DNA of 64,000 nucleotides, taken from the NCBI GenBank assembly GCA_963741205.1, contig CAVUHW010000034.1, positions 64,001 through 128,000 on the forward strand. Reading direction: 5' to 3'. The DNA is from Nitrospirota bacterium. GTDB lineage: Bacteria > Nitrospirota > UBA9217. The notes under the pieces are model-generated. The model was not told where the DNA came from, made no database searches, and saw nothing but the letters and a program-made list of their open reading frames with translations. A program made the translations under genes and the position numbers. Positions 13,091 to 23,107 of this stretch are shown in pieces (positions within the stretch are counted from its first letter, which is position 1; the number at the start of each line of letters is the position of its first letter).

Positions 13091-14238
13091 ATGGGAGAGC
13101 TGACGGCGGCATTACCGAACATCGATGAACTGAAGCGGGTAGGCATCATCGGCCAGAAGCAGAAGGACTATTACTTGATACGCCTCAGGACCATAGGCGG
13201 CGGGATGACCAGCGAAGAACTGGGTGTCGTGTCCGGGGTCGCGGAGAAATACGGAAAAGGCCGAGTGCACCTCACCACGCGCCAGGCAGTGGAGATCCAC
13301 AATATCCACGTTGACAATCTCCAGGCGGCGAGGGAAGAGCTCGAACAGAACGGGATCGTACTCGGTGTGTGCGGGCCGAGGGGGAGGGGGATCGTGGCCT
13401 GCCCTGGTGAACTGCCACCTGCACGTCGGGAATCATTGAGACCAAGGAACTCGCCGCCGAACTGGATGCGGCGTACCTGCGCATACAGGCCCCGCACAAG
13501 TGCAAGATCGGCATCTCCGGCTGCCCGAACAACTGCTCAAAGCCGGTTGAGAACGACATCGGCATCATGGGCGGCGTTCTGCCGGGATGGGACAAGGAGG
13601 CCTGCATAACCTGCAAGCTCTGCGTCAGCATCTGCCCGGCCCAGGCGATCGAGCAGCGGGAAAAGGATTTCGTGCTCGACACTGAGAAATGCATTCTCTG
13701 CGGACTGTGCATCAGGAACTGTCCGTCATCGGCATGGACGGCACGGAAGACGGGATATACGCTGTACCTCGGCGGTACCATGGGCAAGAAGCCGCGGCTC
13801 GGGACAAAAGCAAAAGTACTGATCGAGACAAAAGAGGAACTGACAGGGGACATCCGCAACGGGCCTTCGATTATTATGTCGCTCAGGGCAGGAAAAAGGA
13901 GCGCTTCGGCCACACCCTCGACAGGATCGGGGTGGACAAGGCATTTGACGAGATATTCTCGGGAGAGAAAAAGAGCGCCCCCGCAGCCGCGGAAAATGAC
14001 GCAGCGTCCGCCGTAAAGAAGAATCTCCTCGACCTTCGGGGAGTTTGCTGCCCTTTGAATTTCGTGAAGGCCAAGCTTGCGATGGACAAGATAAGGGCCG
14101 GCGACACGATCGAGTTCTACCTCGATGACGGTGAACCGATCGTGAACGTAACGAGAAGTCTCAAGGATGAGGGACATCAGGTGCTGCTGGTGACCCCTCA
14201 TGACGAACTACTTCAAGGTCCTGGTGGAAAAGGGCTGA
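13091..14238 (+). CDS. sulfite/nitrite-reductase-like 4Fe-4S protein with ferredoxin insert and C-terminal TusA/SirA domain (2-3 frameshifts)
   Basis: HLTTRQ, ACPG..C, KIGISGCPNNC, two CxxCxxCxxxCP motifs, ERFGHTLDRIG, then LDLRGVCCPLNFVKAKL. Confidence 0.85.
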
Positions 14239-14324
14239 ATAAGTCCGTATAATCCCGTATAATTACCTTGCGGAGGGGGGGCATGGACAGGGCGGTTTCC
14301 TCAGGGAGTGAGACAGGGGCGGGC

Positions 14325-15261
14325 ATGGGTAAAATTTACGATGATATAACGAAAACCATCGGCAAAACGCCGCTGGTCAGGATCAACAGATTGACGCGGG
14401 GGCTCAAGGCCGAGGTGATTGCCAAGCTCGAGAAATCCAACCCCCTGGCCAGCGTAAAGGACAGGGTCGGCCTGGCAATGATTGAGGCCGCGGAACAGGC
14501 CGGTCTCATCGACAAGGACTCGGTGATCATCGAGCCCACGAGCGGGAATACCGGCATTGCGCTCGCACTACGTCTGCGCGGTCAAGGGTTACCGGTTGAT
14601 CCTTACCATGCCCGAAACCATGAGCATGGAACGCCGCGCGCTCCTGAGAATTTTAGGCGCAGAGCTGGTGCTGACGGAGGGAAGCAGGGGAATCAAAGGG
14701 GCGATCGAGAAAGCCGAAGAGCTGGCCAAGGAACATCGCGGGACGTTCATTCCCCAACAGTTCAAGAATGCGGCCAATGTGGATATCCATAGAAAGACGA
14801 CGGCAGAAGAGATATGGAATGATACCGACGGAAGAGTAGACGTCCTCGTCGCGGGTGTGGGCACCGGCGGGACCATCACCGGCGTTACGCAGGTCATCAA
14901 AAAGAGGAAACCGTCGTTCAGGGCCATTGCCGTGGAACCGAAGGATTCGCCGGTCCTTTCAGGCGGCAAGCCGGGGCCCCACAAGATCCAGGGCATTGGG
15001 GCGGGATTCGTTCCGGATATTTTGCAACGCGAGCTTATCGACGAAGTCATGCAGGTGTCCAACGATGACGCCGGAGCCACGGCGAGAAGGGCGGCGAGGG
15101 AGGAGGGGCTCTTAGTCGGGATATCGTCCGGCGCGGCGCTCTGGGCGGCAATCGAAGTTGCGAAACGTCCCGAGTGCGAGGGAAAGCTCATCGTTGTCGT
15201 GCTTCCGGACACGGGAGAACGGTATCTGTCAACCTGGCTTTTTCAGGAATACATGCAGTAA
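14325..15261 (+). CDS. cysK: cysteine synthase A, frameshift near 14560
   Basis: [16 protein letters not shown] (PLP Lys), [32 protein letters not shown]. Confidence 0.95.
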
Positions 15262-15283
15262 GTTTGAAGGGAGGGCTGAAGGA

Positions 15284-15553
15284 TCAATTTTGTCTCGCCG
15301 GCCCCGGTTTCAATTTGCCGAAGATTACTGCGCTTTTGTAAAGCCTTAGATAGGTGCGGCCCGAGAGCAGGAGGATGATAATGAGGGCGAACCTGAGCCC
15401 GTTCATGTCTTTTGCGATGAGGCCGTGATACACGAGGAAGGACACCGCGACGATGACCGTTACCACGCTGGATGCGAGAAAAAGTTTTTTTCTCTTCGCA
15501 GCGCCGTTCAAGAACTTTATTTCCTTTTCCGTTAATTTTCTATCGATGTCCAT
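15284..15553 (-). CDS. small two-TM membrane protein
   Basis: 89 aa, two hydrophobic segments, overlaps the stop of the radical SAM gene. Confidence 0.6.
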   Translation of the reverse strand: MDIDRKLTEKEIKFLNGAAKRKKLFLASSVVTVIVAVSFLVYHGLIAKDMNGLRFALIIILLLSGRTYLRLYKSAVIFGKLKPGPARQN

Positions 15554-16815
15554 GCATTCCTCCCATGCCCGCCTTTTGTTTCAGCTCCTCCATGATATCG
15601 GGTGTGATTGTGCCGCAATGATGTTCGCTTGCGTACCGTTCTACCGCGCTTCGCACCATGGCGCGGACAAACGAGGGGACCCTCTTCAGCCGCTCCTCCG
15701 CCTCGCGGGTCCAGACGGGCTTCAACATCATAGTTGATGAATCGTCCTGCTCCTTCTCAAAGGAAGGCGGCTTTATCACTTCACCTCCGCGGGGAATGTA
15801 GCCACACCAGGGATCTTCGGCCAGATAATCCTTGTGTGCAGCGTAAGCCCTCGCCCGGCACCCGCCGCAGAGGAGGCGGTAGACGCACTCGCCGCATTTG
15901 CCTTTCAGAGCGGGTTTTCTGATTGAGTCGAAGAGATCCGAATTTTCCCATATATCTCTCGAATTCCCGGTCCCGTACATTGCCTGCTGAAAGAGGCATA
16001 TAAGGGCAGGGTGTAACATCGCCTTCGGGTGTAATCCTGCAATAGGTGAGGCCGGCGAGACAGCGTCCTGTCCCCATCTTAAGGAGTGGGGATCCGGGAT
16101 CCTTCTCATGCAGGATCCTTCTCATGGTGGGGGCGCACCGCGTCCGTATCTTCATGTCGTCATAGTTCCCCTGTTCTTCGACGATGACCGAAAGGACTTT
16201 TTCGTATTGCCCGGGAGAAATGTCCGTCAGTTCTTCACCCCGGCCGGTGCAGACGAGGAAAAAGGGGCTAAAAACCTGCGCCCCGAGACTGCGGGCATAG
16301 GCGATTAATGAGGGCAGCTCGTCGCAGTTCTTCCCGCTCACGACGGTATTGATCTGCACGGCCATTCCCGCTGTCCTGCAATGCCCGATTGCGGCAACGG
16401 CTTTTTCCCATGCGCCCCGGGAGGAACGGACCGCATCGTGAACTGCGGGTTCCGTGGAATCGAGGCTGATGCTTACGCCGGAAACTCCGCTTCGCCTCAA
16501 CGCGCTCGCCGTCGCTTCATCAATGAGGAGTCCGTTGGAACCCAGAACGACCATCATCCCTTTGCCGGAGGCGTAAGACGACAATTCGAAGAGGTCCTCA
16601 CGGAGAAGGGGCTCGCCCCCGGAGAGGATCAGCATGACCTCGGGATTGACGAGCGCAATCTGATCGATGAGCCGGACGGCCTCCTTCGTCGATAATTCGC
16701 CTGCGGAGGATGTGCCGGAAATTTCTTTTCTCGTCTTCGCGGGGAGGTAACAGTGGGTGCACTCGAGATTGCATCGTCTGGTGACGTTCCAGGATATGAC
16801 GTGGAGATCGCTCAT
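15540..16815 (-). CDS. radical SAM/SPASM protein (NirJ/AhbC-AhbD-like) with a C-terminal PCP_red-like domain, frameshift near 15960
   Basis: [48 protein letters not shown], tail [21 protein letters not shown]. Confidence 0.85.
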
Positions 16816-16961
16816 AGAAGTGATTATACCATTTAATCCCGGTACAGTCTTGATGCGAATGCCAGATGGTGCGCATCGCACTATGAAGGGGGGATCATGC
16901 CAACCTGAGAGAATTCACGTTCGGAGAATTCGAAATGTCAGGAAAGCACGGCGTGCAGATA

Positions 16962-17121
16962 CTATTTACTAAGGTGCTGTCGAGCTGACGGGGTTTTATT
17001 CAATTCCACCAAAAACCTGTTTTTGTCTTCTTCTGCTCTTGCCAACTCATCAATTCGTTGACGCAACTGTATCAGGTCATTGATGAGTTGTTCTTTTGTT
17101 ATGTCTTCAGGTACTTCCATA
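16962..17121 (-). pseudogene. N-terminal stub of a PAS/sensor-type protein
   Basis: TKEQLINDLIQLRQRIDELARAE resembles the coiled-coil start of many PAS signalling proteins. Ends after about 50 codons. Confidence 0.45.
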
Positions 17122-17185
17122 GTCGTCCCTCTCAAACAGCCTGTGGCTGTCACCACGGCTGACCCGTTCCTTCCGTGCTTCTAAA

Positions 17186-17812
17186 TTAATGATGGTGTTC
17201 TGCGGGCTGCTCCTCTTTCATGCCTCCGTGATCTGCACCCGCTGCGCCTGCGTCCATGTACAGCCGTTCAACATAATGCGTGTACTCTACATAAGCTTCA
17301 ACGAACGCCCGGCCCTTTTCAACGCTTTCGTCCGCATGCTTTTTTGCCTCTCTTACGCGGTTGAACCTCTCACGGATGCCGGCGTCCACGGCTTCCGACA
17401 CATGTTTCATCAGATGATCAGACGACCCCAAATCGAGCGCCTTATCAGCGACCTGGATGATCGGCTCCGCCGGTCCGGACTTGAGCCCGGTGTACGGCGC
17501 GCCCTCGCCTGCCCGATGAATGCGGATAAGCGTCTCAAAGAAATAACGGTCCGCCAGTTCCCTTGCCTCCTTACCCTGCTTGCGTGCCGCAAGGGTCTTC
17601 TGGAACTGTTCCTTGATCTCGTTCTCGTCCTTCTTCTGGACCCATTTAAGCACCGGCGCAATGTCGCCCTTTTCGAGCGCCATCCTTGCCGTATTCACCA
17701 CCGGCCCGTCCATAGTGTCGCAATGGGCCACTCCGTTCTGCGGAGCAAGCCAGACGCCGAGTGCAAGCACGGGTAGCATCATCAGCGTCACACGTCTCAT
17801 TACGTTCTTCAC
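17186..17812 (-). CDS. DUF6448-family secreted protein
   Basis: Signal peptide then HCDTMDGPVV, FFETLIRIHRAGEGAPYTGLK, GRAFVEAYVEYTHYVE, His-rich tail. Confidence 0.8.
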   Translation of the reverse strand: MKNVMRRVTLMMLPVLALGVWLAPQNGVAHCDTMDGPVVNTARMALEKGDIAPVLKWVQKKDENEIKEQFQKTLAARKQGKEARELADRYFFETLIRIHRAGEGAPYTGLKSGPAEPIIQVADKALDLGSSDHLMKHVSEAVDAGIRERFNRVREAKKHADESVEKGRAFVEAYVEYTHYVERLYMDAGAAGADHGGMKEEQPAEHHH

Positions 17813-17825
17813 GGTACACCTCCTG

Positions 17826-18275
17826 TTAAAGGCCCGTTTTCAACTTCAAATACTCGCCGACCAGTATAGCTGCGGGATACAGTACTTCTTCTTCCGTCTG
17901 CGCGTGCAGTTTCAGCTTCGCGGCAAAATGGACATATTCCGGCTTCCTTTCGTTCTCTGCTACCTCCATGAGCTTATGGAGTGCTGCGATCACGACCTTG
18001 TGCTCATGTAGCATGTGGTTGAGGTCTTTCTTCAGCCGGTCGGTCATGGCGATGACCGAGGGGATATCGGAAGGGATCCTGCCTTCCGACAGCATCGTCA
18101 ATATTCCGAGAGGAGGCATGGCGTATGCCTCCTCCTTCGCAAAGTGCGGATGCAGGAGCTCCGCCACTGATTTTGCCGCTTCGCCGATCCTCCCGCCAGC
18201 CCTGGTAGCCGCAACAAGTTCCGCGTGAAGCTCAGCGTGTTCCTCTTTCAATGGCTTGGGAACGTTCATTTCCAT
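17826..18275 (-). CDS. hemerythrin/HHE cation-binding domain protein
   Basis: EEHAELH, HFAKEE, HEH, HAQTEEEVLYP. Confidence 0.85.
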   Translation of the reverse strand: MEMNVPKPLKEEHAELHAELVAATRAGGRIGEAAKSVAELLHPHFAKEEAYAMPPLGILTMLSEGRIPSDIPSVIAMTDRLKKDLNHMLHEHKVVIAALHKLMEVAENERKPEYVHFAAKLKLHAQTEEEVLYPAAILVGEYLKLKTGL

Positions 18276-18313
18276 TTCGTCGCACCTCTCTTCGTTGTCT
18301 CTTATTATTCGGT

Positions 18314-18331
18314 TAACTTAATATTAAGTTA
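18314..18331. promoter_or_regulatory. perfect 18-bp palindrome, probable operator
   Basis: TAACTTAATATTAAGTTA about 40 bp upstream of the hemerythrin start. Confidence 0.6.
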
Positions 18332-18610
18332 GCATAAAACAGGGAAGCCAGATTAGATATTTTAGGGGCTTGCATAAACATGACATGCATTAATAAATTC
18401 GGAAGGTACTATTGACTGATGCAAAGAATAAGAACTCCACTGGTACAGGAAGGACAGTTGAATAAAAACTTCAAACGGAATTATTCATTTTCTTTGTGGC
18501 CCAGGCTCTACGGGCTGCACCTACTTTTCTGCAACTGCGTCCTAATGCGACAATGGTTAAATACAGGCCGTTAATTGATAATGATCCGCTTCAGTCTCGG
18601 TTGGCTGCCG

Positions 18611-19024
18611 TCAGCCGGAAGCGTTGGTTAGGCATTCATCTTGCGGCCACTTCTGGAGCCAATCACGGGCAGTATCCACATCCATGAATATGCCTACTGG
18701 GCCGCAAAAGTTGTGAACAACGTCGTCGAAAAAGGGGTCGATCATGTCCTTCCTTGCTAGTATTGCAATGCGAAGACCGACACGGGTCGCAGATGCAGCA
18801 TCTTGACCTGCCTTATACATCTCCATGGTACCAAAATCAACCTGCAAATCCCTAGCATCAATCAATGCTTTCTTACAGTTGTGGGCTGAGCATGCATCAA
18901 TAAGCGGCTGGAAGCAATTCTTCCATTTGTCGAGTAGCTCATTTGGGAACTTTCCTGATAGGCGTATATGAAGCACGCCTTCTTCGAATCGGAATTCTTC
19001 ATTATATCTTGTCATATCCTTCAT
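18611..19024 (-). CDS. hypothetical STAS/SpoIIAA-like protein
   Basis: VLHIRLSG, KALIDAR, RIAIL, F.D.DTARDWL. Lower GC than the core genes. Confidence 0.6.
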   Translation of the reverse strand: MKDMTRYNEEFRFEEGVLHIRLSGKFPNELLDKWKNCFQPLIDACSAHNCKKALIDARDLQVDFGTMEMYKAGQDAASATRVGLRIAILARKDMIDPFFDDVVHNFCGPVGIFMDVDTARDWLQKWPQDECLTNASG

Positions 19025-19273
19025 ATCCTTTGTCCTTCGATACCTAATGCGGCAGTTAAGGTGCGCCGTCGGTTATATAATAAAACAACTTCAAGTATGC
19101 GACCAGCCCTGTTATCTTGTTCAATACACCTTCAGGAAGAAAGCGAGAGAAATAGGGGCAGAGTCAAGCATTATTGCATTCACTCCAGACTCATAACACA
19201 GGAAGGGCTTGTCGTAACCGGCAAGCCCTTCGCTATGTTCGGATCAATCCACGAGTTGTTGATAAAAATGGGT

Positions 19274-19685
19274 CTAGCTCGCCCCCAGCGCCTTTGCCGC
19301 TTTGTTCACGTCCTTCGTCCCGACCCAGAGGATGACAGCATAGCGGCCTCCGCCGGCCGATACGGCCTCCGTGGCCGTAATGTTGATCTTCTTCTCCGCC
19401 AGTGTTTTGAGCAGGTCTGCCACGGCGCCCTTCCGGTCATCGCCCTGTACCAGGAACCCGAACTTCTGGGGACGCGTCTTGATCTTCGCCGCCTTGGCGG
19501 CATTCTTAAAAACTGCCACGTCCTCGGGGATAATATCGAGTTGCGTCTTCCTGTCGCTTGGGAATCCCGAGAATGCCAGCAGGTTCACTCCCGCATCTGC
19601 CAAAGTCCTCAGCACCCGCGCCCCCTCACCCGGCTTGTTCGGGACCTCCATCGCAAAATACGCCACCTTCCTGACAGTATCCCAT
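19274..19685 (-). CDS. tandem ACT-domain protein
   Basis: VPNKPGEGARVLRTLADAGVNL..GDDRKGAVADLL. RBS AGGAGG precedes an ATG at 19685 that is one base out of frame (likely indel). Confidence 0.8.
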
Positions 19686-19959
19686 ATCAGACACCTCCTT
19701 TTAAGCTATTATAGCAGCTTTAAAAGATGCGCCTTTGTCCTAGCGACCATTTATGATAAAAAGTATTTAAGAGAATACAGTGACGGCATGCATATGGGGG
19801 GAATTTGCCGTCTGCAGGGGAAAAGGTGAACGCCACAAGGATAGTCTAGGATATCAGATTCGAGGTGAAGTTGATAGTTTAAGCATCATTGCTGAGCGAG
19901 AACTTCAGGATGGATGGTTCGCTGAAGGTTACGATTGCAAATATGGTTCTCTCAAACCG

Positions 19960-19996
19960 AAAAGGGCCTTCCAACCCGAGGTCAGAAGGCTCTTTT
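19960..19996. terminator. bidirectional-type hairpin terminator
   Basis: AAAAGGGCCTTC-13 nt-GAAGGCTCTTTT. Confidence 0.5.
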
Positions 19997-20109
19997 ACCG
20001 ATGATTGTTCACAGATGATAGCTGTTATTTATTTCACAGGATCGGAAGGTTGTTGGCTGGAAGCGATTGTAGGGCGGAGCCTTTAACTAATACAGGTTGT
20101 AAATCGTCG

Positions 20110-20316
20110 TTACCTCGTAGCTTGTTTCGTCGGCTCACCATATTCCTCGAATATCTGCTTGCACAGCCTGATAAGTTTTCGTTTTGCCGTTTCTTCCAAC
20201 TCGGGCAGTTCGTCGCCCATATGTTGATAGCATTCAATCAAATCAGCTACAGTATTTTCAAAAATGCATTTGTGCTTGTTTGAGATGAAGTTTATCGCGC
20301 TGCATTCTTCAACCAC
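20110..20316 (-). CDS. small hypothetical protein
   Basis: 68 aa helical ORF (CIFENTVADLIECY..KLIRLCKQI). Start uncertain. Confidence 0.4.
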   Translation of the reverse strand: MVEECSAINFISNKHKCIFENTVADLIECYQHMGDELPELEETAKRKLIRLCKQIFEEYGEPTKQATR

Positions 20317-20421
20317 GATCCTACAAGTCTTCGGAGCTCAGCTGGCAAGTGATGTTTGCGGAGAAATGGGCTAAACGTTACTTATGATCCTTAGGCGCTT
20401 CTCAGGGGTGAGCAAAACCGA

Positions 20422-20829
20422 CTAAATGATAAATCCGAGGTTATTAAGAACCTCGACCAGTTTTTCCTTGGTAATCGGCTTTGTTAGGTATGCATCACAC
20501 TGCGAATGCAAAGCCTTCACACCGCCCTGCGGAAACTCCATCACGCTCGTCATCACAACCTTAACACGGTTTTGTGCGGCGACTTTCATTTTCCTCTCAT
20601 ATTCACGTAAATACCGTAAAACGTACCTGCCATCAATGCCCGGCATCAGGATATCGAGCAGTATCAGGTCAGGCATCATCTTATGCATCATCGCAATGGC
20701 TTCTTCTCCGCTGGTTGCATAACATGTATCAAACTTGTCTCCAAGCATCTCGTTGAGAATCTGAATACTGAGAGGATGATCGTCAACTATCAAAATTGTC
20801 TTTTTTTTGTGTGCGGTATCCAAGGACAT
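20422..20829 (-). CDS. single-domain response regulator (CheY-like)
   Basis: ILIVDD, PDLILLDILMP, YLTKPI. Confidence 0.88.
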   Translation of the reverse strand: MSLDTAHKKKTILIVDDHPLSIQILNEMLGDKFDTCYATSGEEAIAMMHKMMPDLILLDILMPGIDGRYVLRYLREYERKMKVAAQNRVKVVMTSVMEFPQGGVKALHSQCDAYLTKPITKEKLVEVLNNLGFII

Positions 20830-20850
20830 TTCTTCCTTCAAATGTGATGA

Positions 20851-20914
20851 CCCCGCCCTGCCCACGAGGACGACTGTCGTAACGTCGCCGATCAGGCCGT
20901 GGTCCTCGATGGCG
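20851..20914 (-). pseudogene. N-terminal stub of a GH15 glucoamylase/trehalase-like gene
   Basis: Minus strand reads AIEDHGLIGDVTTVVLVGRAG, matching the I.D(Y/H)..IGD..T.ALV..DG start of GH15 proteins. Nothing follows. Confidence 0.5.
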
Positions 20915-20965
20915 AAAACCGTCTACTTTTTGATCGGGAAATCGCTTCAATGGCAACAGGAGTCC

Positions 20966-21592
20966 TTAAGGTTTCCTGAGCACCGCCCGCGCAGGTGCGC
21001 CTTCGCTGTTCAACACCTTGAGCGGAAGACAAATAAGTTCATAAGCCCCCGGCGCGACTCCGGAAAGATCAAGACTTTCTATGATCCATACGCCTGCTTC
21101 AAGAAGAATGCGGTGCGTTTCGCTGCCGTCTTTCCCGTATTCTCCTACGGAGAGATAGTCGATGCCCACGGCCCTAACACCCTGTCCGGCAAGAAAACGC
21201 GCAGCCTCGACGGAAATATGCACAAAGTCCTCGATGAATGAAGACGTCTTCCAGCATCGTTCAGAATTTCTGGTCTTGAACAGGATCCTTTCACCGCCGC
21301 GTATATTATGGCGCGCCAGCTCTTCGGGTTTGACGGACTCGGAATCGGATATTTCCAGCACCCGCGCAGTGCCAATCGTCGCGTCAAAGGGCATCTCAAG
21401 AAGACCCTTACCTGTCCGGATGAAATGGAGCGGCGCATCAATATGGGTCCCCGCATGGGAGCCCATTGAGATCACCGAAAGATTCATTTCGTCGCCCAGT
21501 TCCATGTCCCGGGTCCGTTCTATGAGAACGGGTCGGTCTCCAGGCCAGTGAACCATTCCGGTTTTTAATGTTAGTGAAATATCAATCCACAT
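20966..21592 (-). CDS. cyclase family metal hydrolase (KynB-like)
   Basis: IDISL, HAGTHIDAPLH, GIDYLS, HRILL, EGAPARAVL. Confidence 0.9.
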   Translation of the reverse strand: MWIDISLTLKTGMVHWPGDRPVLIERTRDMELGDEMNLSVISMGSHAGTHIDAPLHFIRTGKGLLEMPFDATIGTARVLEISDSESVKPEELARHNIRGGERILFKTRNSERCWKTSSFIEDFVHISVEAARFLAGQGVRAVGIDYLSVGEYGKDGSETHRILLEAGVWIIESLDLSGVAPGAYELICLPLKVLNSEGAPARAVLRKP

Positions 21593-21958
21593 GGGCTGCT
21601 GTGCAGTCGCCGATTCGGTGGCCCCCTCCAGCTCGCGTATCTCCGCATCTCGCGGCGCATCAGGGCCGGCATATCCTTTCGATCTTACTAGGAAGCTGCT
21701 CGTAGACTCTACTGTCTAAGTTTAGCACGGCGTTATCGATTTCGGCTTGAACTGATGATTGTTTCTGTAAATTGAACTAAAGTCCGCGCTTTCTACCTGC
21801 TAGGGGCGAAGCGCCAGGAGGGGGTCAAGCGGACTGTTTTGGATGTGGATTGGTGCGTTGTCTGTGCTACAAACGATATGCAATCTTATAATATAGTGCC
21901 GATGGCTGCAACGTATTATTGAGTTGCACTATCAGGATTCATCACCTATATTAGAGAT

Positions 21959-22975
21959 GTGGCGATTTCAAGCGGCATAAAATTCCGTTGCTACCCGACC
22001 ACGGAGCAGGCTACTACCCTATCGGGATGGATAGGTTGCCAACGTCTTATCTACAACGCCAAGGTTGCGGAGGAGCGTTATTTCCGTACTTTCTGGAATC
22101 ATTCACTGTCGATGACCGGACTACAGTCGCCGATTGATCAGCAGTACTCCCAGTTCAAGGACAAGGAACTCACTCCGTTTTTATACAATGTGCCGTCTCA
22201 GATCCTGAGGAATGGCGCAACCAGGTTCATGGGCTCCTACAGGAGATACCTGACAGGACTGGCTGGTCGCCCTGCTTATAAAAAGAAGGCTGGACGGCAG
22301 TCCGTCTGGATTACCAGCGAGCTATTCAGGTTCGTTCCTACTGGAGGCTCAAAACAGCGGCAGACAAAACAATATATGAGCACCGGCTGATGCTTGGCAC
22401 AAAGTCGGTCGATCTGGGCGAACTTAAGTTCAAGGCTCACGACGAGTACGAAATTCCTGCGGCTATCACCATTACCCGGGAGTCCGGGAAATGGTATGTC
22501 TCCTTCTCCTATGAGAAGCAAGGCACAGTTTTAAGCGAGCAGGAACTTCTCGAGCTTTACGGCGGCATGTCATCAGAGAGTCTTAATACCGTTACCCTGG
22601 GAATGGACCTAGGGGTTGTAATCCCGCTGGCAACAAGCGACGGATTTATGCATGACTTCTCCGGCACACAAAAGGAGCGACTGGCAAAAAAGGATGCTCG
22701 GAAGAAGAGATATCAGAGGCAAATGGCGAGGCGGATCAAAGGATCCGGCCGATTTAGGCAATCAGTTGCGAAATCAGCCCGGTGCCAGGTGTATGCTGCC
22801 AATGTGAGGCATGATTTCGCGCATAAGGCCAGCCGCAAGCTCGTGGATTCACCCGCGGAGGTGTTCGTCTTCGAGGACCTCAAGGTCAAGAACATGACCA
22901 GAGCGCCAAAACCGAAGAAGTCGGCGGGCGGGACGTATATTGCGAACGGGTCAAAGGCCAAGGCCCCTCACAAGA
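21959..22975 (+). pseudogene. tnpB: second, unrelated TnpB (IS605 type), frameshifted and 3'-truncated
   Basis: GIKFRCYPT..GCQRLIYN, GMDLG, VFEDLKVKNMT. Frameshift near 22370, no zinc finger or RuvC-III, no right end seen. Confidence 0.8.
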
Positions 22976-23107
22976 ACAGATTGTGTAGACCTCGGACCAC
23001 ACCGTTTTCATTCTATCGAGCCATCCCTGGATAGAGTTGCAACATTCTGACAGGTCTGGAAGGCGTCGCCTGGATAGATGAGAATCCTTTTAGCGCCCTG
23101 AAAAGGA

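Noticed and set aside
21959-22975. Second tnpB as a nuclease-dead TldR-type regulator
   Set aside because: It is truncated before the zinc finger, with no visible right end or RNA scaffold, so simple decay is more likely.
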